Below are positions 1-15,200 of a DNA stretch of 64,000 bases, one piece after another (position 1 is the stretch's first letter; each line of letters starts with the position of its first letter). The DNA is from Camelus ferus. Its lineage: Eukaryota. The translations under genes were made by a program, and so were the position numbers. The notes below the pieces were generated by a model, which saw only the letters and a program-made list of their open reading frames with translations, searched no databases and was not told the origin of the DNA. Location: NCBI RefSeq assembly GCF_009834535.1, contig NC_045696.1:57724001-57788000 (forward strand). The letters run 5' to 3'.

Positions 1-324
1 GAACGTGGCCAGGGATAGAAGAAGTGCCAGCTGATGTGAGAGACCCGGTGAGAGGGGAGCCCTCAGCCGAGGTTCTCTACCACAGCTTCCGACCCCAAGT
101 GCATCAGATCATGAGCACCAGGTCAGGATCTGGGTTTACTCATCCTTACACCCAATGCCCCTGCCCACAAGGACCCTTTTGTGCTAAGTGTTTTGTTTAT
201 TGCGCATCAGGAGAAGGTAGTGAGGAGGCCAAGTGGCCTTCTCTTTCTGCACTTTTAAAAATCAATATATTCCAAATAAAGTTTGGCTCTGTGCAGTTGT
301 CAGCCAGTTTTCAGCCTCGTCTTA

Positions 325-530
325 GGAGAGGCAGTACAGTACATAGGTTAAATGTCTGGGCTCTGTAGTTAGACTGCCTGGGCTCGTGTCCCAGCTCTAC
401 AGTTTACTGATTGTGTGACCTTGGGCAAGTTGTTCAACCTCTCTGTGCCTCAGTTTCCTTATCTATAAACTGGAGTTATTAATATTATCTACCTCATTGA
501 TTGTCAAAGGACTTAAATGAACTAATACAC
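325..530 (+). mobile_element. MIR SINE (others at ~750-890, ~19440-19680, ~45900-46225, ~51280-51430, ~56405-56760 and ~60025-60250)
   Basis: tgtgtgaccttgggcaagttgttcaacctctctgtgcctcagtttccttatctataaa core. Confidence 0.85.
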
Positions 531-3500
531 ATTGTTCAAGGTCATCAAGCACAGACAGCATGTCTTATTTACCACTGAAACCCCAGAGTCCAGCACAGTG
601 CCTGGTACATTGGAGGAGCTGAGTGAACTCGTCTAATACGGGTATAGGCTGGTATAGCAGTCAGTGATTGACAAAGCACTCTTCTATCATTAACTCATTA
701 ACTCATTTTATCATGATCTTCAGAACATCTCACAAGATAAATAAGGGAGATGGCAGGATGGGTGTTATCATCTCTGTTTTACACATGAGGAAACCAGCCC
801 TGAAAGGTGGGGTGATTTGCCAGAAAAAAACACAATTGTAAATGACAGCCCTGATTAACGCTTCCGCCTGGATTTCTAGCCCTCTGTTCTTCCCACCATC
901 TGGCTGTCTCTCCATCCTATGCAGGTTTCCTGGATAGGTTTCAAAGAATACCCACCTGAAAAAATGAGCACACAGCTTATTTAGCTTTCTGGAAAAAATA
1001 TGAACTTCTTACTGTAAATATACTCAAATAGTAGCTTCAAGTTAAAACTTGAAGTTTGGAAAGTTTCTATTTTGAGGGGGGTTGAGAGGAGACAAGAGGA
1101 TATTTTATGGGAAAGAGGAAGTTTGTTGAAAGTGCAGAAGTAACAGAGCATCATGAAGGAAAATATCAATAGATTTTATTATGTAAACATTTAAAAAAAA
1201 AGTTAAAATACCTATGTATAAAATACACAAGTTTAATATACAAAGTACTTACATATGAAAAGTCATAATTAAATTAAAAGGAAAATCAACTAAAAAATAT
1301 CGCAGCAAGGATGCCAAATGATGATGAGTTTCAATGTCTAAAGAGCTCATAGAATTTAAAACCATGGTTTTTAAAAAGTGGGCAAAGTATGTAACAGTTT
1401 TTAAATGAGGAAAAGCCCATGGTCAGTGAACATATAAAAATATTCTAACTTTACTTGATAAAAGAAGTAAGAATTTTTTAAATGATAACCAGTGTGTTGA
1501 GGAAGAATACTAAGACCTTAAAGATAGTGCTGGTGGAGTGAGGAAATGGCTACCCTCCTCACACATTGAAACCCAGTTGCTTTAAAATTGTTTATCACTC
1601 TTAACCAAGGATTTCAATTTTTAGAACTCTATCCTAAAGAAATCATCAGAAATATGGTTAAAAACTTTTACCCAAGGATGTGCTTCACGTGTTTATTAAT
1701 GAAAGTGAAACATTAGAAACAACCTGCATGTCCAGCAAGAAGGGACTGGTTAAATAAACTATGGTGGGGATCGAGCAGCCCAGACTCACAACTGGCAGCA
1801 TGGATCTGGGGTCTCACTACCTGGGTTCAAATCCTGACTCTGCCAGTCATTAGCCCTTTAACTCTGGAAACCTCTCCACCTGTCACTTCCCTCACCTATA
1901 CACTGGGGATGACAAGAGTACCTATCACGTAAGGTTGTTTTGTGGCTTCAGTGAATCAATATAGGTTTACAGTTCCAAAATCCTCAAGCTCTAAAAATGT
2001 AAAGGGTTTTTTTAGAACTTAATTATCAGGAAAACATGATTGAATAACATAAACTAACACAACTTTATCCCACTTTCTGTGGCTATATTCTAATACTACA
2101 GTCAATCTTAATTCTTTTCCATAGTTTTACTTTCCTTGCAGACTCTCTAAAGTTCTCTTTATAAATTAGTAACCCTCGTGCACAAGTGAGAATATTAATT
2201 TTGAGGGCAAAGCCAACTGGAATCAGGTGTGTCTCCTCTGAGCTAATCTCTTGGCCAAGAGACTTTCCCAAATCCTGTAGTCCAGGGCTTTCATACTTTA
2301 AGGTGGGAGGTATTAATAACATGTAGATTGCTGAATTCCACCCCTAGAAATTCTGATTAAGTAAGCCTGGGATGGAGACAAGTGTCTGCCATTCTTACAG
2401 CTCTCACAGTGATGCTGATGGGGGACCACACATTAGGTGGCCCTGCTGTCATCCATACCTTAGATTTTTAACACCCCTCACGTTGTACCTTTTTTTATGT
2501 GAACATTTTCATTTCTAGTAATATTGTTTTTTATATTATCATTCTCCTAGCCTCTTATTTCTATGCTGTGCTTTTATGCCCAGGAGTAGTAGTATAATAA
2601 ATTTATCTATCACTTTCTAAGTATTCACCATGTGCCCATAACTGTATTAGTGCTTTATTCATATTATTTTTTCATCCTTTCAACCACCCTGAAAGCAGGA
2701 CATTATTATCCTAATTTTAGAGGTGAGAAAACTGATGTGAGGAATAATTTACTTTCCATTTTACTGTCCTACCCCTTTCACATGGTGGTACATGTCACCA
2801 GGTCTCCAGGGACACCCCTTCTCAGTCTTGCCCCAGCTACGTAGCTCCCCAATGTGTAACCCACCCTTTTCTCATCACCTGTTCAGATTCCATCAAGGCT
2901 TTCTATGCCAGGAAGCTTTCCCAGTTATGCCTCCCTCATCCCACACCCCTCTGCATCCTCTGTTCTTATTTGATCATTTATCATGTGTTTTCGTACCAAG
3001 GGATTTTGTCTTCCTAACTGGACTCAGAACTCCTTGAAGGCAGGGCCCATCCCTTCCGTCTCTGGGTTCCCCTTGGAATAGCCATGATGGAGACTGATTG
3101 CCTCCCTTATGCCCCTTCCCACCCTTCCTACCCCCTGACTCCCACCTTGTCCCTTCCTAATTTGGTAAAATCAAGCTACACCGGCAAGAAGGCAAAAAGA
3201 GGCCAGGTTGAACCCTTCTTAATCCCCTTCCCTGCACTGTAGGTGTGGGTGGTTTGCTGAAGCTTGTCCTGCTGTTGTGCGGTGTCATGAGGAGGAGCGT
3301 TTTCATGAGGCCCTGCACTGGCAGAGAAGTGTCTGCACTGCCCTTTAACTCTTAGTTCTTCTTGAGGCTTTCTAGACCATCCTCCTTTCATATTTACTCA
3401 AATTCCATTTCCATTGTTTTACTTCCCAGTTTCACTCTGCATCCTTGTCTTCATTCAAGTCCCTGTCAAGAGTTCTCACCCACCCACTCCCAACTTGGAC

Positions 3501-5349
3501 ACCTTTAGAGCTGCTTCCACCATAATGAGACCTACTAGGGCCAGTACAGTGGGACACATTCATCTGGCCTGTACACTTTGATTCTTTCCTTTTCCCCTCC
3601 TCCCCCTCCCCCTCTCCATTTCTCCCTTCCTCCTTCTTCTTGAGGTCATTATTCCTAATATTGCTTGGGTGGTACTATCGATTCACTCTGACAGCTGACG
3701 CATCTCAGGGCTTGTAATCTTCCTTTTGCAATTCTCCCAAAACTTGTAAGGGGTCTGCAGAGCAGCTGGGCCTCATAGCCATAAGAGTGAGATTTCCATG
3801 ATGCTTTCATTTCCTCCCTGTCCATTAGTATGAAAGTGCTGGTTGCGTCTGTGTTACAGCCTAGGGTAGCTGCACTGCTAAACTAACCCCAGCACTAATG
3901 ATGATCAGGCATCCTTGTTCCTGATTTTGAAGGGAAGGCTTTTAACGTTTTATCTTTGCATGTTGTGTGCGGCATCTCTCGCACCAAGTTTCTGTGTATT
4001 TTGGAGCACACTTTTCTCATATTTGATTGAGAAGAACTCAGCTCGAGTTTAGCCTTGGAGAAAGAGGCAAGATTGCCTTAGATCTAGATCACCTAGGCTA
4101 ACTTAGTGGAGAATGAAGGATCCTCCTTCTGGCCCACCCTCAGTCACTCGAGTTTGACGTGGGGTTAAGGGGCCAAAGCTCAGCTAATCTCTGCACGTGC
4201 ATTTTCCTCTGAAACCTTGAGGGCAGGATTTGAGTAGTTCTGAGTCCCCAGCCAGAACCACCTCTTAACGCAATGGGTGGGTATCATAATCACATGTTAT
4301 TGGGCCCTACCCCAGAGTTTATGTCTCAGCAGGTCTGGATTGGGGCCTGAGAATTTGCATTTCTAAGAAGTTCCTAGATGATGCCGATGCTGCAGGTTCT
4401 GGAATCACACGTTGAAAAGCATTGTCCTAATACTCTCTCTTTAAAGCATCCCAACAACGGGCAGAACAGAGACAAGGAAACAAAATTATTAAAGTGCCCG
4501 AGAAAGAAGGAGGAAAACTGCAGAGAATGACGGCAGCTACCATGAGTACTCCCCAGAGGAGGACAGATGGCCACCCCCAAACATGGGAGAATGGAAGGAG
4601 AGGGAAATGCAGGAGGAAGTGGGACATTTGGGACGGAACAGAGGAAGGGTCTCACATAGGAATGCATGAAAGGAGACCATGAGTAATCAAATACATCAGG
4701 TGGGGCTGATTATTCAGTTTGCAGCCCACAAAGAACATTGAGGGGAAGGATCACAGTGAGACCTGTGTGGCTTTGGGAAGGGGAAGTGACACGATAGCCA
4801 TTTAAGCCACAGTCCTTGTGACGATCTGTTCCACATAGAGATGGGCCTCTGCCAAGTAAGACAGTGAATGCTGGATAAACCAGAAACCCAAGCCCCGTGA
4901 CTTAATGCACGTTTCCTATTAAGCAGATAAACTGGATTTATTCTTAAAGTAGAAAAGAAAAAGGGAAATACTGCAAGCAGACAAGGCTTACAGTCACGTT
5001 CATCACTTCCGGGGCTGCAATCCCTGCCAGAGACGCTTGGACTTGGGCTCAGGGCCTGTGAGGTGGCAGGGATGGGACAGGGAGAGTCAATCAAGGAAGA
5101 GGCGTTTGGGGCTTACCCTGCTGGATGGAAAGCAATACCAGACATGCCAGAGGGAGCCAGAGGCTAACTCTGCACATAGGGCCAGAGTCATATTAGGCTT
5201 CTGAACTTAGGTTTTTACCCATCAACAGTGTGAATAAGCAACTGATAAAAAAAAATAGGAGGGGCATGAGTTCTCCATTCTCCTTTCTTACCTGCTGCCA
5301 GCCACCTCCCTGGCAAGGGCTAGCTTGGCTGTCTGGGACACCATGTCTT

Positions 5350-6529
5350 CTTTTTGTTAACGTTTTTTAATTGAGTTATAGTCATTTTACAATGTTGTGT
5401 CAAATTCCAATGTAGAGCACAACCTTTCAGTTATACATCAACATTCATATATTCATTGTCACACATTTTTTTTTTGCTGTGAGCTACTGCAATATCCTAT
5501 ATATGTTTCCCTGTGCTATACAGTATAATCTTGTTTATCTATTCTACATTTTGAAATCCCAGTCTGTCCCTTCCCACCCTCTGCCCCCTTGGCAACCACA
5601 AGTTTGTATTCTATGTCTATGAGTCTATTTCTGTTTTGTTTGTTTGTTTGTTTGTTTTAGATTCCACATGTGAGCGATCTCATATGGTATTTTTCTTTCT
5701 CTTTCTGGCTTACTTCACTTAGAATGACATTTTCCAGGAACATCCATGTGGCTGCAAATGGTGTTATGTTGTCGGTTTTTATGGCTGAATAGTATTCCAT
5801 TTTATAAATATACCACATCTTCTTTATCCAGTCATTTGTTGATGGACATTTAGGCTGTTTCCATGTCTTGGCTATTGTAAATAGTGCTGCTATGAACATT
5901 GGGGCGCAGGTGTCATTTTGAAGTAGGGTTCCTTCTGGATATATGCCCAGGACTGGGATTACTGGGTCATATGATAAGTCTATTCCTAGTCTTTTGAGGA
6001 ATCTCCATACTGTTTTCCACAGTGGCTGTACCAAACTGCATTCCCACCAGCAGTGTAGGAGGGTTCCCTTTTCTCCACAGCCTCTCCAGCATTTGTCATT
6101 TGTGGACTTTAGAATGATGGCCATTCTGACTGGTGTGAGGTAATACCTCATTGTAGTTTTGATTTGCATTTCTCTGATAATTAGTGATGTTGAGCATTTT
6201 TTCATGTGCCTATTAATCATTTGTATTTCTTCCTTGGAGAATTGCTTGTTTAGGTCCCTGCCCATTTTTGGATTGGGTTGTTTGTTTTTTTCTTATTAAG
6301 TCATATGAGCTGCTTATATATTCTGGAGATCAAGCCTTTGTCGGTTTCATCTGCAAAAATTTTCTCCCATTCTGTAGGTTGTCATTTTGTTTTACTTACG
6401 GTTTCCTTTGCTGTGCAGAAGCTTGTAAGTTTCATTAGGTCCCATTTGTTTATTCTTGCTTTTATTTCTATTGCTAGGGTAGACTGCCCTAGGAGAACAT
6501 TTTTGAGATGTATGTGAGATAATGTTTTG
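5350..6529 (-). mobile_element. 5'-truncated, relatively young LINE-1 (ORF2 C-terminus, 3' UTR and tail), ~1.18 kb
   Basis: ORF 5657-6265(-) encodes an L1 ORF2 C-terminus ([34 protein letters not shown]...). Target-site duplication ctgggacacc(a)atgtctt at 5333-5349 and 6530-6547. Confidence 0.95.
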
Positions 6530-9024
6530 CTGGGACACCAATGTCTTAAAGCTGCCTCTGGCTTTGATAGTATACGATATAACAGAGCTAGAATGACCCA
6601 AAGAGGTGATCCTCACTGGTCCAGCAGGGCCCCAACAACAGGAGTGACTTTCCAGAGGTCAATCAGAGTAACTGCATTCATTTACTTGATTTTACAAATT
6701 TGTCATTAGGAGTGCTTGACTCAATTTATTGGCATATTAAAACATAAATCAATATCCCAGTGTTTACTGTATAGAATCTGAAAAGCTTGCCTTTGGGCAA
6801 ACTCAAGTGGCTTCATATGTGGCATAGAAACTGTTGAGAATTATAGTCCTAGGAAGGGTTTTCATCCCAAATTGGCTACAGACAATTTCTAAGCAAGTTG
6901 CTTCATTGTTCTGTGATTAGAGGTAAAAGCACTTTAAGTTCCAAGAAAGAGGAGTGCAATATAAATTTGAGATAGTTCTTAGAATTGAGGTTCTTCTAAT
7001 TGTACCTCAGCTCTCATGTCCACAGTCACCCAGCATCAGATGTCCTCTCCAGTTCCCTTACACCTGATCATCTAGGCTCTTTCTGGAAACTTTTACACCC
7101 TCACGTTGGGAGGCATTGTTTCCACTGCTGCTTAGTCCTACTTGTAATGGGAAATTTTTCTTGTGCTGTGTTGGAGACCTAGTGCATTGTTGTACAGTCC
7201 TGGTGGTTAGAAAATTCTCTCATTACACCAAAATCTGTTTTCTTGGAATTTCTACCTGTCTGTCCAGTCCTATTCTCTGACCCGCCTAGAAAAAAATCTA
7301 AGACCCCTTTTTAGCATCCTGAAGGTCCCAATCATGTCCCAACTAAGAATTCTTTTCTCTAGGGAGACTTTCAGGGTTAGTTCCCACAGTTGTTTCCTCC
7401 CCATGGCTTCATGTCCAAGCTTTTATTGTCCTGTTTGTCTTCTCTGAACATAAGCCAGCTTGTCTGGGTCACCTTCTCTCAGACTGAAATACACATACTT
7501 GGACACCATACCACATATGTATTACCTTTATGAGACATAGTAGACTCTTCTGTTTTTTCTAGCTATTTATGTATGGTTACTAAGCCAGTGTCTAAAAACA
7601 CCTATCTCAATTGCTGAAATCACTTATTCTCTCTACAATTTTCATGACTGTAGTGAGGAAAGGTCAAAGATAATTAGGATGACTTGTTCAGTGTGGCCTC
7701 TGACTATTTTAACTCTGGTTTCTAAGAGGTGCAAGCCTTCCACTTGAAGATGTCTTTCTCATTTCTTCCATGTAGTTGTTCCTCTTGACCAGATTCTACC
7801 TATTGTCCAGGACCTAAACCAGTGCATTGTCTGCCGTATTTAGCTCCTCAACACTTGACCCTTTGTCATCACCTCTTCTGGAAAACTACACAGTGGCTTT
7901 TGGAAGTGTCTGTATTTTTGCTATTTGTATACTATTTCCTTATCCCTTTGTCCCTCCCATCTCTGTGCCAGATTCTGTCATTTGCTCTTTTGTTGATTCT
8001 ATTTTATGACTCTCCTCTTTTTTTTCTACCTGCGGTATCCATTGGAAGATTCTTTAATAGAGAATATCCACTTTAGCCATTAAAGTCTTTAATTTGAGCT
8101 GTCTTCTTTTAAAAAAAAAAAAAAGAAAAAAAAAAAGAAAGCTTTCTTCAGAACTTCTCTTAAAACATGCCACAGCAGCTTTATGGTGTCTTAATGCGAG
8201 GGGGGCAGTGGACAGGCAGTTTCAGAGCTAGAAGAAAACCCGGTTCTCCAGTTTCTCACTTACATGAATCAGGCAAGAAGATGGAGACGCAAGCCTTCTG
8301 CTCTCTCTTAGTTTAGAACGTTCATAAACCTTCGGGAGATGGTGGGGCTGGGTGGGAGGTGGAGGTGCTGGGCTGGGAACATCAAGGTCATCTAACATCG
8401 CATGTTGAACACAGTGAGTCCCAGCCCTAGCCCAACGGGGAAAGATGTGCTGCTTTTCAAGTGAGCCCAGTTGTCGTTCACTTTGTACTCGAACTGTATA
8501 GGAGCACTTTACGGTCTAGACTCTAATGGCTAAAACTTAGCCACATACAATCTCCCTTAGCTGCTAAGGAGTCTTTTGGAATGAAAGTGACCAAGAGAAG
8601 ACCATGTCCCCTAACTGGGTACATGGCAATGGGGCAGTAAGGCCAATTCCTTATTTGAAAGTGCCCATAGTACAATACTTTTTCACTGACTAGACTGAGG
8701 GTCACACAAAAGCCCATGATAAATGACTTGCTTTTTCTTCAGAGTCATTTATTAACCTCAGGAGTGTGGAATGCATCACCAAGAGACTAATCTTTGCCAC
8801 TGAAAGGACATAAACCAGAGTTCTCTGGACCGCTAAGGGGGAGGGTAGAGGAAAGAAGGAGGTAGGTTTATCCTTGCCTTTTCCACTCTCCCAAATATAG
8901 CATCATTGTGAATTAAAAAAAACAACTAAAGAATCTTTGCCTGCACAGATGAGTAAGCTGGGCCATATTATGACAGCCCTCTGCCTCCAGGAGCAAACTA
9001 AGGGCACAGCTGGACAGTTGGACT

Positions 9025-9735
9025 ATGAATGAAGCATAAAATAACTGCATAAAATAACTTACTGACTTATCTTTAACCAACACACTGGTGTGTGCACATG
9101 AGTGTGGTCTCCTTTTAAGAAAAGTCTTTTGAAAGGCTTTCCATTTATTCTGTGATGCTTCTGTTGCTCAGAAGCTTGTCGGGGAGTTGGGTAAAGGAAA
9201 AACACACGCATGCACATAAATTACAACCACTTGTATTTACAGCTCAGAATTAGCTAGTGTCAATATTTTGGCATATTTGCTTCTAACACTTTTCTGTATT
9301 TAAGAAATCTCTTTCTGTTGTTTCTCACTAAAATGAAACATAGCTTATTATCGAGATTTCAAGTAATGTAGAAAAGAACAGAAGGTTTTTTAAAAGGTTT
9401 TTTTTTATAAAAACCTAAAAGTTAATTATTAATATTTGGTGAACATTATCCCAGGCATTTCTCTTTATATCCCATTCTTTTGAATATCATCAGTTTTGGT
9501 GAAGTTTCCACCTTTGAAGGAGGATTTGATTTTTGGAAATAGGTCCTGTTGCCAGGACCCAGCTAAATCTGATAAAGGTAATGATTAAGCTGAGTAACAA
9601 GATTTTTGTTGCCAAGCCAGGTGTAATTGGTTTCCTTGGACAGCTCAGAAATTGGCTCCAAAAGGGCACCCATGTCAAAAGTGTTCTGAGCATCAACAAG
9701 AGCTGCCCTCCAAGGGGCCGTCTCTGAAGGACACG
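9025..9735. mobile_element. MARNA-like Mariner fossil interrupted by an AT-rich L1 remnant
   Basis: tttccacctttgaaggaggatttgatttttggaaa and aaaataactgcat motifs; boundaries approximate. Confidence 0.4.
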
Positions 9736-10729
9736 TGCATGGGGGGACAGAATCCTAGGGAGCCATAAACTCTGGAACTGAGCCAGGCTTGTGCCCCTTG
9801 CAGGCTGTGGGCTCGGCCAGGTCCTTACCCTCGCAGAGCCTCTGTTTGCTCATCTTTAATGGGATGTTCATAATGTCCACTTTTCATGAGGTGTTATGAG
9901 AATCAAATTAAGTCATGGACATGAAAGCTCTTTTGCAAACTGTCAAGCCCTATACAAACGGAAGGCACTATTATTTAAGTACGTTTGTCAAATTAATCTT
10001 CTTTCTTGATGGGTGTACCTCCTACAAACACAGTCACTCCATGGCCACATCATCAAAGCGTAAGTGTGTAGGACCACTCTCTCCCCTTCCAGACTCCTGA
10101 GGCTACAGGTTTATCCCTTCAAGACTGCCTTACCCTTGACCTCATGATCAAGTGTGGGCAAGGAAAATCAGAGAAAGCTAGTGGGTCACAGTTTGAGTCA
10201 TCACCTCTGGCATTTCTAGCTTTCAGTAGCTGGGGGTAAGGGTCAAGGAGTGTGAATGATCTCAGCCTGGGGTGTCTATCTTGGAATTTTAAAAAGATCT
10301 GGTCAGTTTACTGTTTACCTGAAAAGTTCTTTTGACATTCAAAATTCATCAGCTCTTCTTTCACAGAACAAGGGAATATGAATTCCCGTGAATGATGCAT
10401 TGATAAAGGGGAGAAAGATTAACAGCTACAGTTGTCTCAGCTATAACAATGGGAGTGATAACTATACCATCCTAATAGGTGATTGGGAGGGCTGAATTTC
10501 AGGTACTAGTACAGGCACTTAAAGGGTGCTCAATAAATGTTAGCTGTTATTTCTGGTCTTATTATTAACACAAAGATGGGAATTTATTGACTCTGTAAGT
10601 AAGAAAGCTGTCAGTGTGTATGTTATCAGGACTTTAGACACATGAAAGAGTCCCTCAGCAATCATGAGCTGCTGTTACTGATACATAATTTATTGCTATA
10701 ATTTCACCATTTGGAATGTCTGCTTTTTC

Positions 10730-12200
10730 ATTTGTATTCATTCCTCATGTATTTATTGAGTGTTTATTATATATAAGGCATTGTGCATCCTCTGGAGATA
10801 CAACAGAGAACCAAACAGACATAGCCCTCATCCCCGTGGAGCTTACTGTCTAGTGAAGGAGACAGTGGTAAACAAATAATTACAGAAATGAATATTCTAT
10901 TAGAACTTAAGTGCAATGATGGGAAGATATAATTCCATGGGGTCATGTAGCCAAGGGGACCCAATCTTATATGGATGACTGGGGAGTGGACAGGGAGGAT
11001 TCAGGGTAAGTTTCCTTAAGTAAATGACATGTGTGCTGAGTCCCAAATAATGAGCAGGGCAAATGTAGCAAAGAGTGAGGAGAAGCAGATTCCCAGTGGA
11101 AGGAATGACAGATGCAAAAGCCAAGAGGCTAGAAGGTACAGGACATAGTCACATGTGGAGTAGTCAGAGTGATGGGTTGTGGAGCAGGAAATGAGGTTGG
11201 GGGCCGACTGGGACTGAAACAGGCAGGACCTTTGTAGACCACGCTAAGAATTGTGGTCTTGACTCTCATAGCAAAGGAAGTCATTGAAGTGATTAAGCAA
11301 TTAAGCAAGAACATGAAGTAACCAAATTTCTGTTTTCAAAGATCACTTCCATTGCAAAGAGAAGAATGGATTGGGGGGGGGGGACCCAAGTGAATGCAGG
11401 GAGCTAGTGTAAGAGGTCAGCTCAGCAGGCCACATGAGAGTTGATGGTAGCTTGACCTAAGAGGGAATGGTGAAGCTGGACAGAAATGAAAAGAATCAAG
11501 AGTTACTTGAGAGGCAAAGTCTATAGGATCTCGTGGCAAACTGGAAGGTAGGAAAGGGGTGGGGTGAATAATCTATTTATTCAACAAATAGTTATTGAGC
11601 CCCTACTAAATTCTAGACACTATGCTAAGTACTGAAGATTCAGCTATGAATAAGACAGACAGGTCCCTACCCTCAATGGGTTACAATCTAGAGCTAGAGA
11701 GTTGTTAATAAATAAATAAACAGATAAATAATTACCTATTTGCCTTTGCAAATTAGTTACATGTTACAGACTATGTGAATAAAGATACATGTTATGAATT
11801 AAAAATACAAAGGGGTATCAGACAACTGGGTGAGGACAACTTTTGATACAGTAGTCAGGAAAGACATTTAGGGTCAGACCTGAAGAGTGAGAAGGGGCCA
11901 GTCAGGAGGAGAGCACTCCAGGCAGAGCTAACAGCAAGGCCAAAGAGCCTGGTGTGTTCTAGGAACAGGTAAGAGACTGGGGTGGCTGCAAATACCGAGC
12001 AAAGAGAGTTTTGAACAAAATGGGGCTGGAGAGGCAGGCCATTTGTTGGTGTTTAAAAGATTACTCTAACTGCTATGTGGAATATAGGGGAGGGGAGAAT
12101 CGATTATTTTAGAGCAAGAGTGAAAGCAGGGAGACCAGTTAGGACTAGGTAGCTGGGACTAGGTGGAATGTTGGTGAATCAGGAAGAGGTCAATATGAGG
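10730..12200 (-). mobile_element. L2 LINE remnants (similar pieces at ~30270-30845 and ~33250-34150)
   Basis: cattcctcatgtatttattgagtg...ggagcttactgtctagtg; attcaacaaatagttattgagcccctact. Confidence 0.7.
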
Positions 12201-15200
12201 TGGACAGATGCATTTCATAGACCAATCTAAGTGGCTCCATTTAAGATACAAATGACCCCTAAAGTAGTGGTGACATGATTCATTTTCAGACGGTTGACAG
12301 CCTGGTGTAACCTACCTATAGAAACAGAATCTAGGACTCATCTCCTGAGTCCAGGCAAGGATGAGGATACAGTTGTTCAAGCTCCAGAAGAACAGGCGGA
12401 TGGCATTAGATAGACCCAACATGGATCAGGAATCTGGATCAGAGACCCAAACCTGGCACCAGGGTCATCGGGATCAGGGTTCACCAAGATGAGGGTCACC
12501 AAAGTCACAGCAGCCCCCAGAGTGAAGGGGGATCTATCACTGAGCTAGGTCCCAGCAGGAAGAGCTGCCTTCCTGGAGCCAGAGATGGGAACTGGTTCAA
12601 AACCTCAGTCAGGGCTGGGTTAGAGTGACAGCTGCCAGTGAAAGGTTAGAAGGATGGAGATTGCCACCTGTGACACCAGTTTGATGAGACATTTGGAGGA
12701 TGATTCAGACATTTGACATCTCTAGTAGAATAGGATATAGTGTGATCTCCATGTTCTTTAGCAGTTCGTGATTTAGACAGGAGGAGTCCCTGCCACCCAG
12801 TCTTGGTTTGATATGGAGCATGATGCCTTTTGGTAGCCTCACTAGGAACATAATTGCCTTCTTGATCCCATTCTCTGTTTCTCTGCCATTTCAACAGTGT
12901 TTTGCACAGAAGGTGAAATATTCAGAGTTCTGTGACAAGTTTCAGCTCAGTGCTGTGATGCTGGCATATGTGCCTGCACGTATGTGTATATACACCATGT
13001 GCCAGTTATGACCCATGAACATGTGTGGCAGCTGGGGTGTGAGTAAAGGCTTCACCAAGGTGCATTAATCTGCAGGGCAACAAGCATCGCTATGCTCTGA
13101 GTTACATATCAAGTTAAAGATAAGCAAACCAATCTCTAGCGATAGAAATGAGAATAATAGTTGGGGGTGTAATTGACTTGGAGGGGGGATGAGGGAGTCT
13201 TCTGCAGTGCTGGGAATGCTCTATGCCTTGATCTGGATGGTGGTTACATGGATATTGTGCATTTGTAAAAATTTATCGAGTTGTACTTTAATGATTTGTG
13301 AACTGTGTTATATGTAAGTTATACCTCAATAAAAATATTTTTATAAAAGAGAGAACAGTGACACCTGATCCCAAGGCAAATATAGGTAGTAACACGACAA
13401 GGGATGGTCCATTCTGGTGTCAAGCACAAGGAGCAGCAGCTTGCTTCCTTCCAGAGCTTGTCATCATCTGACCACTCCTTTCTGCTCTTCTCCCAGTGTC
13501 AATCCCAGCCAGTGCTAAATGCTGCCAAGCAACATGTAGAAAGGTTGGCAACAGTATGACAGTAATCCAGGAGCCAGTGGAGTGTCAGATGTTACTGCTT
13601 ATTTCCAACGATTGGGAATTTAGTGTGACTTAGACTGAAAATTTCTAGAGAAATATAGAGCAGCATCCCTGTTAGTCATCACAGGGAATCACAGTTAACT
13701 GCAAATAAATTAAATAAATCGTAGAACACCAAGGACTTGCAGCACTTTGAACTTGAGATCCAGGAGAAAAGGAAAAAATAAGAACAAGCAAATTAACAGA
13801 ATGACATTATTTTGGTCTTAACTCTCAACTTTATTGACTGTGTTCTTTTCTTGGATATTCTGCAATGCACATTCAACTATGAAAGACTCTGATAAGTCCT
13901 GCAAGTAAAGAGACATGTTTGTTTTTATTTAACACAGTGCTTCCATATGTATCTGACCAAGAACACTTTGGGAAATTCCACTTTAAGGCTATCATTCATT
14001 TTCTTTTCCCCTCACTGCCTTCCTGGGAGAATCATAATCCTCACCATTTCAGCTGCCAGCTTGGTGCTAAAGTCTTTCTTGTCCCAGCTCCAGTCCCAGC
14101 CTCTCTCTACCCATAGCCAGTCTTCACCTTGTTGGTCCACAGTGGGGCAGAATAAGGATCTACAGGGGTTTGGAGGAAGCTCTGAATCTATTAATCTTTC
14201 ATTCAACAAATACGAAGAATTGAACCTAATGGAATGGAACGGGCTCTTTTTCTGTAGTTTTTATTAAGCCACCATGAGAATTGAACCCTGAACTCAATAA
14301 ATCTTCTATTAAAGATGCAGAATGTTTACTGATATATTACAGCTAGAAACAATAGTAACAACTGCAGCTAGTGTACAGTAAAGACATAGGTGGTAACAAT
14401 AAAAAACAACAGAAATCTCCAGTATACCAGTGAAGTGTCCACCCTAGGTTTAAATTCTTTCTCCATCATTTATTACAATGTGACTTGGCCAAGTCACTCC
14501 ACCGCTCTGAGTCTCACACAGATCATCCTATGAGTGGGGAAAACACCTGTGGAAATTGTTGGGAGGATTTAATAAACAGCCTGTGGCAGTACCTTTTACC
14601 TTTTACTCACCTCAATCTTATTTGTCTATTTAAATCCCATCTTCTCCTACTTCCTTTGAGATCCATTAAGCGAGCACATTCTCTACACAAAATACCTGAA
14701 TCCACATCTGTTCACAGCCCTCCTTTGACTCGGGCACGTGAACTGAGAATTCTGCCAGAAAGGGAGAACTGCCCAGCCCTCTTCTCCCAGGTTTGAGGTG
14801 GGGCTGGTCTTTTTCTGGGATAGCCTTTAAAAGAGAACAGTGTTATTTTAGAGTAGATTCTACAAAGTGAGATAATGGGGGCTGGAGGAGGCCCTTGGGA
14901 GTGTCCATTCCCAGCTAAGGGTAAAGACAGTTCACTTTGTCTAGACCTTCGGTTTTCTCATTTGCTAAATAGTTCCCAAGGTAACCACCAGCTCTGGTAG
15001 TCTGGGTACACAGGGTGTGTGCATAAGTGCCTGGCAGCTGGCCCACACCACTTGCCCATGAGAGATTCGGGAAGCAGGGAGGATGTCTGCCAAGCATCAT
15101 TTCTTAAAGAAAAAAGAATCCCTATTCTTCTAAGGCATCTAAATGACCCTGTGGCCACGTCAGTACAGTTACTTAGTAATATATCCTTCCTGAAATTTAT

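Noticed and set aside
5657..6265. 202-aa ORF as a host gene
   Set aside because: It is the ORF2 C-terminus of a truncated L1 bounded by TSDs
8341..8377. G-run cluster (potential G-quadruplex)
   Set aside because: Such motifs are common in mammalian introns and nothing else here supports function
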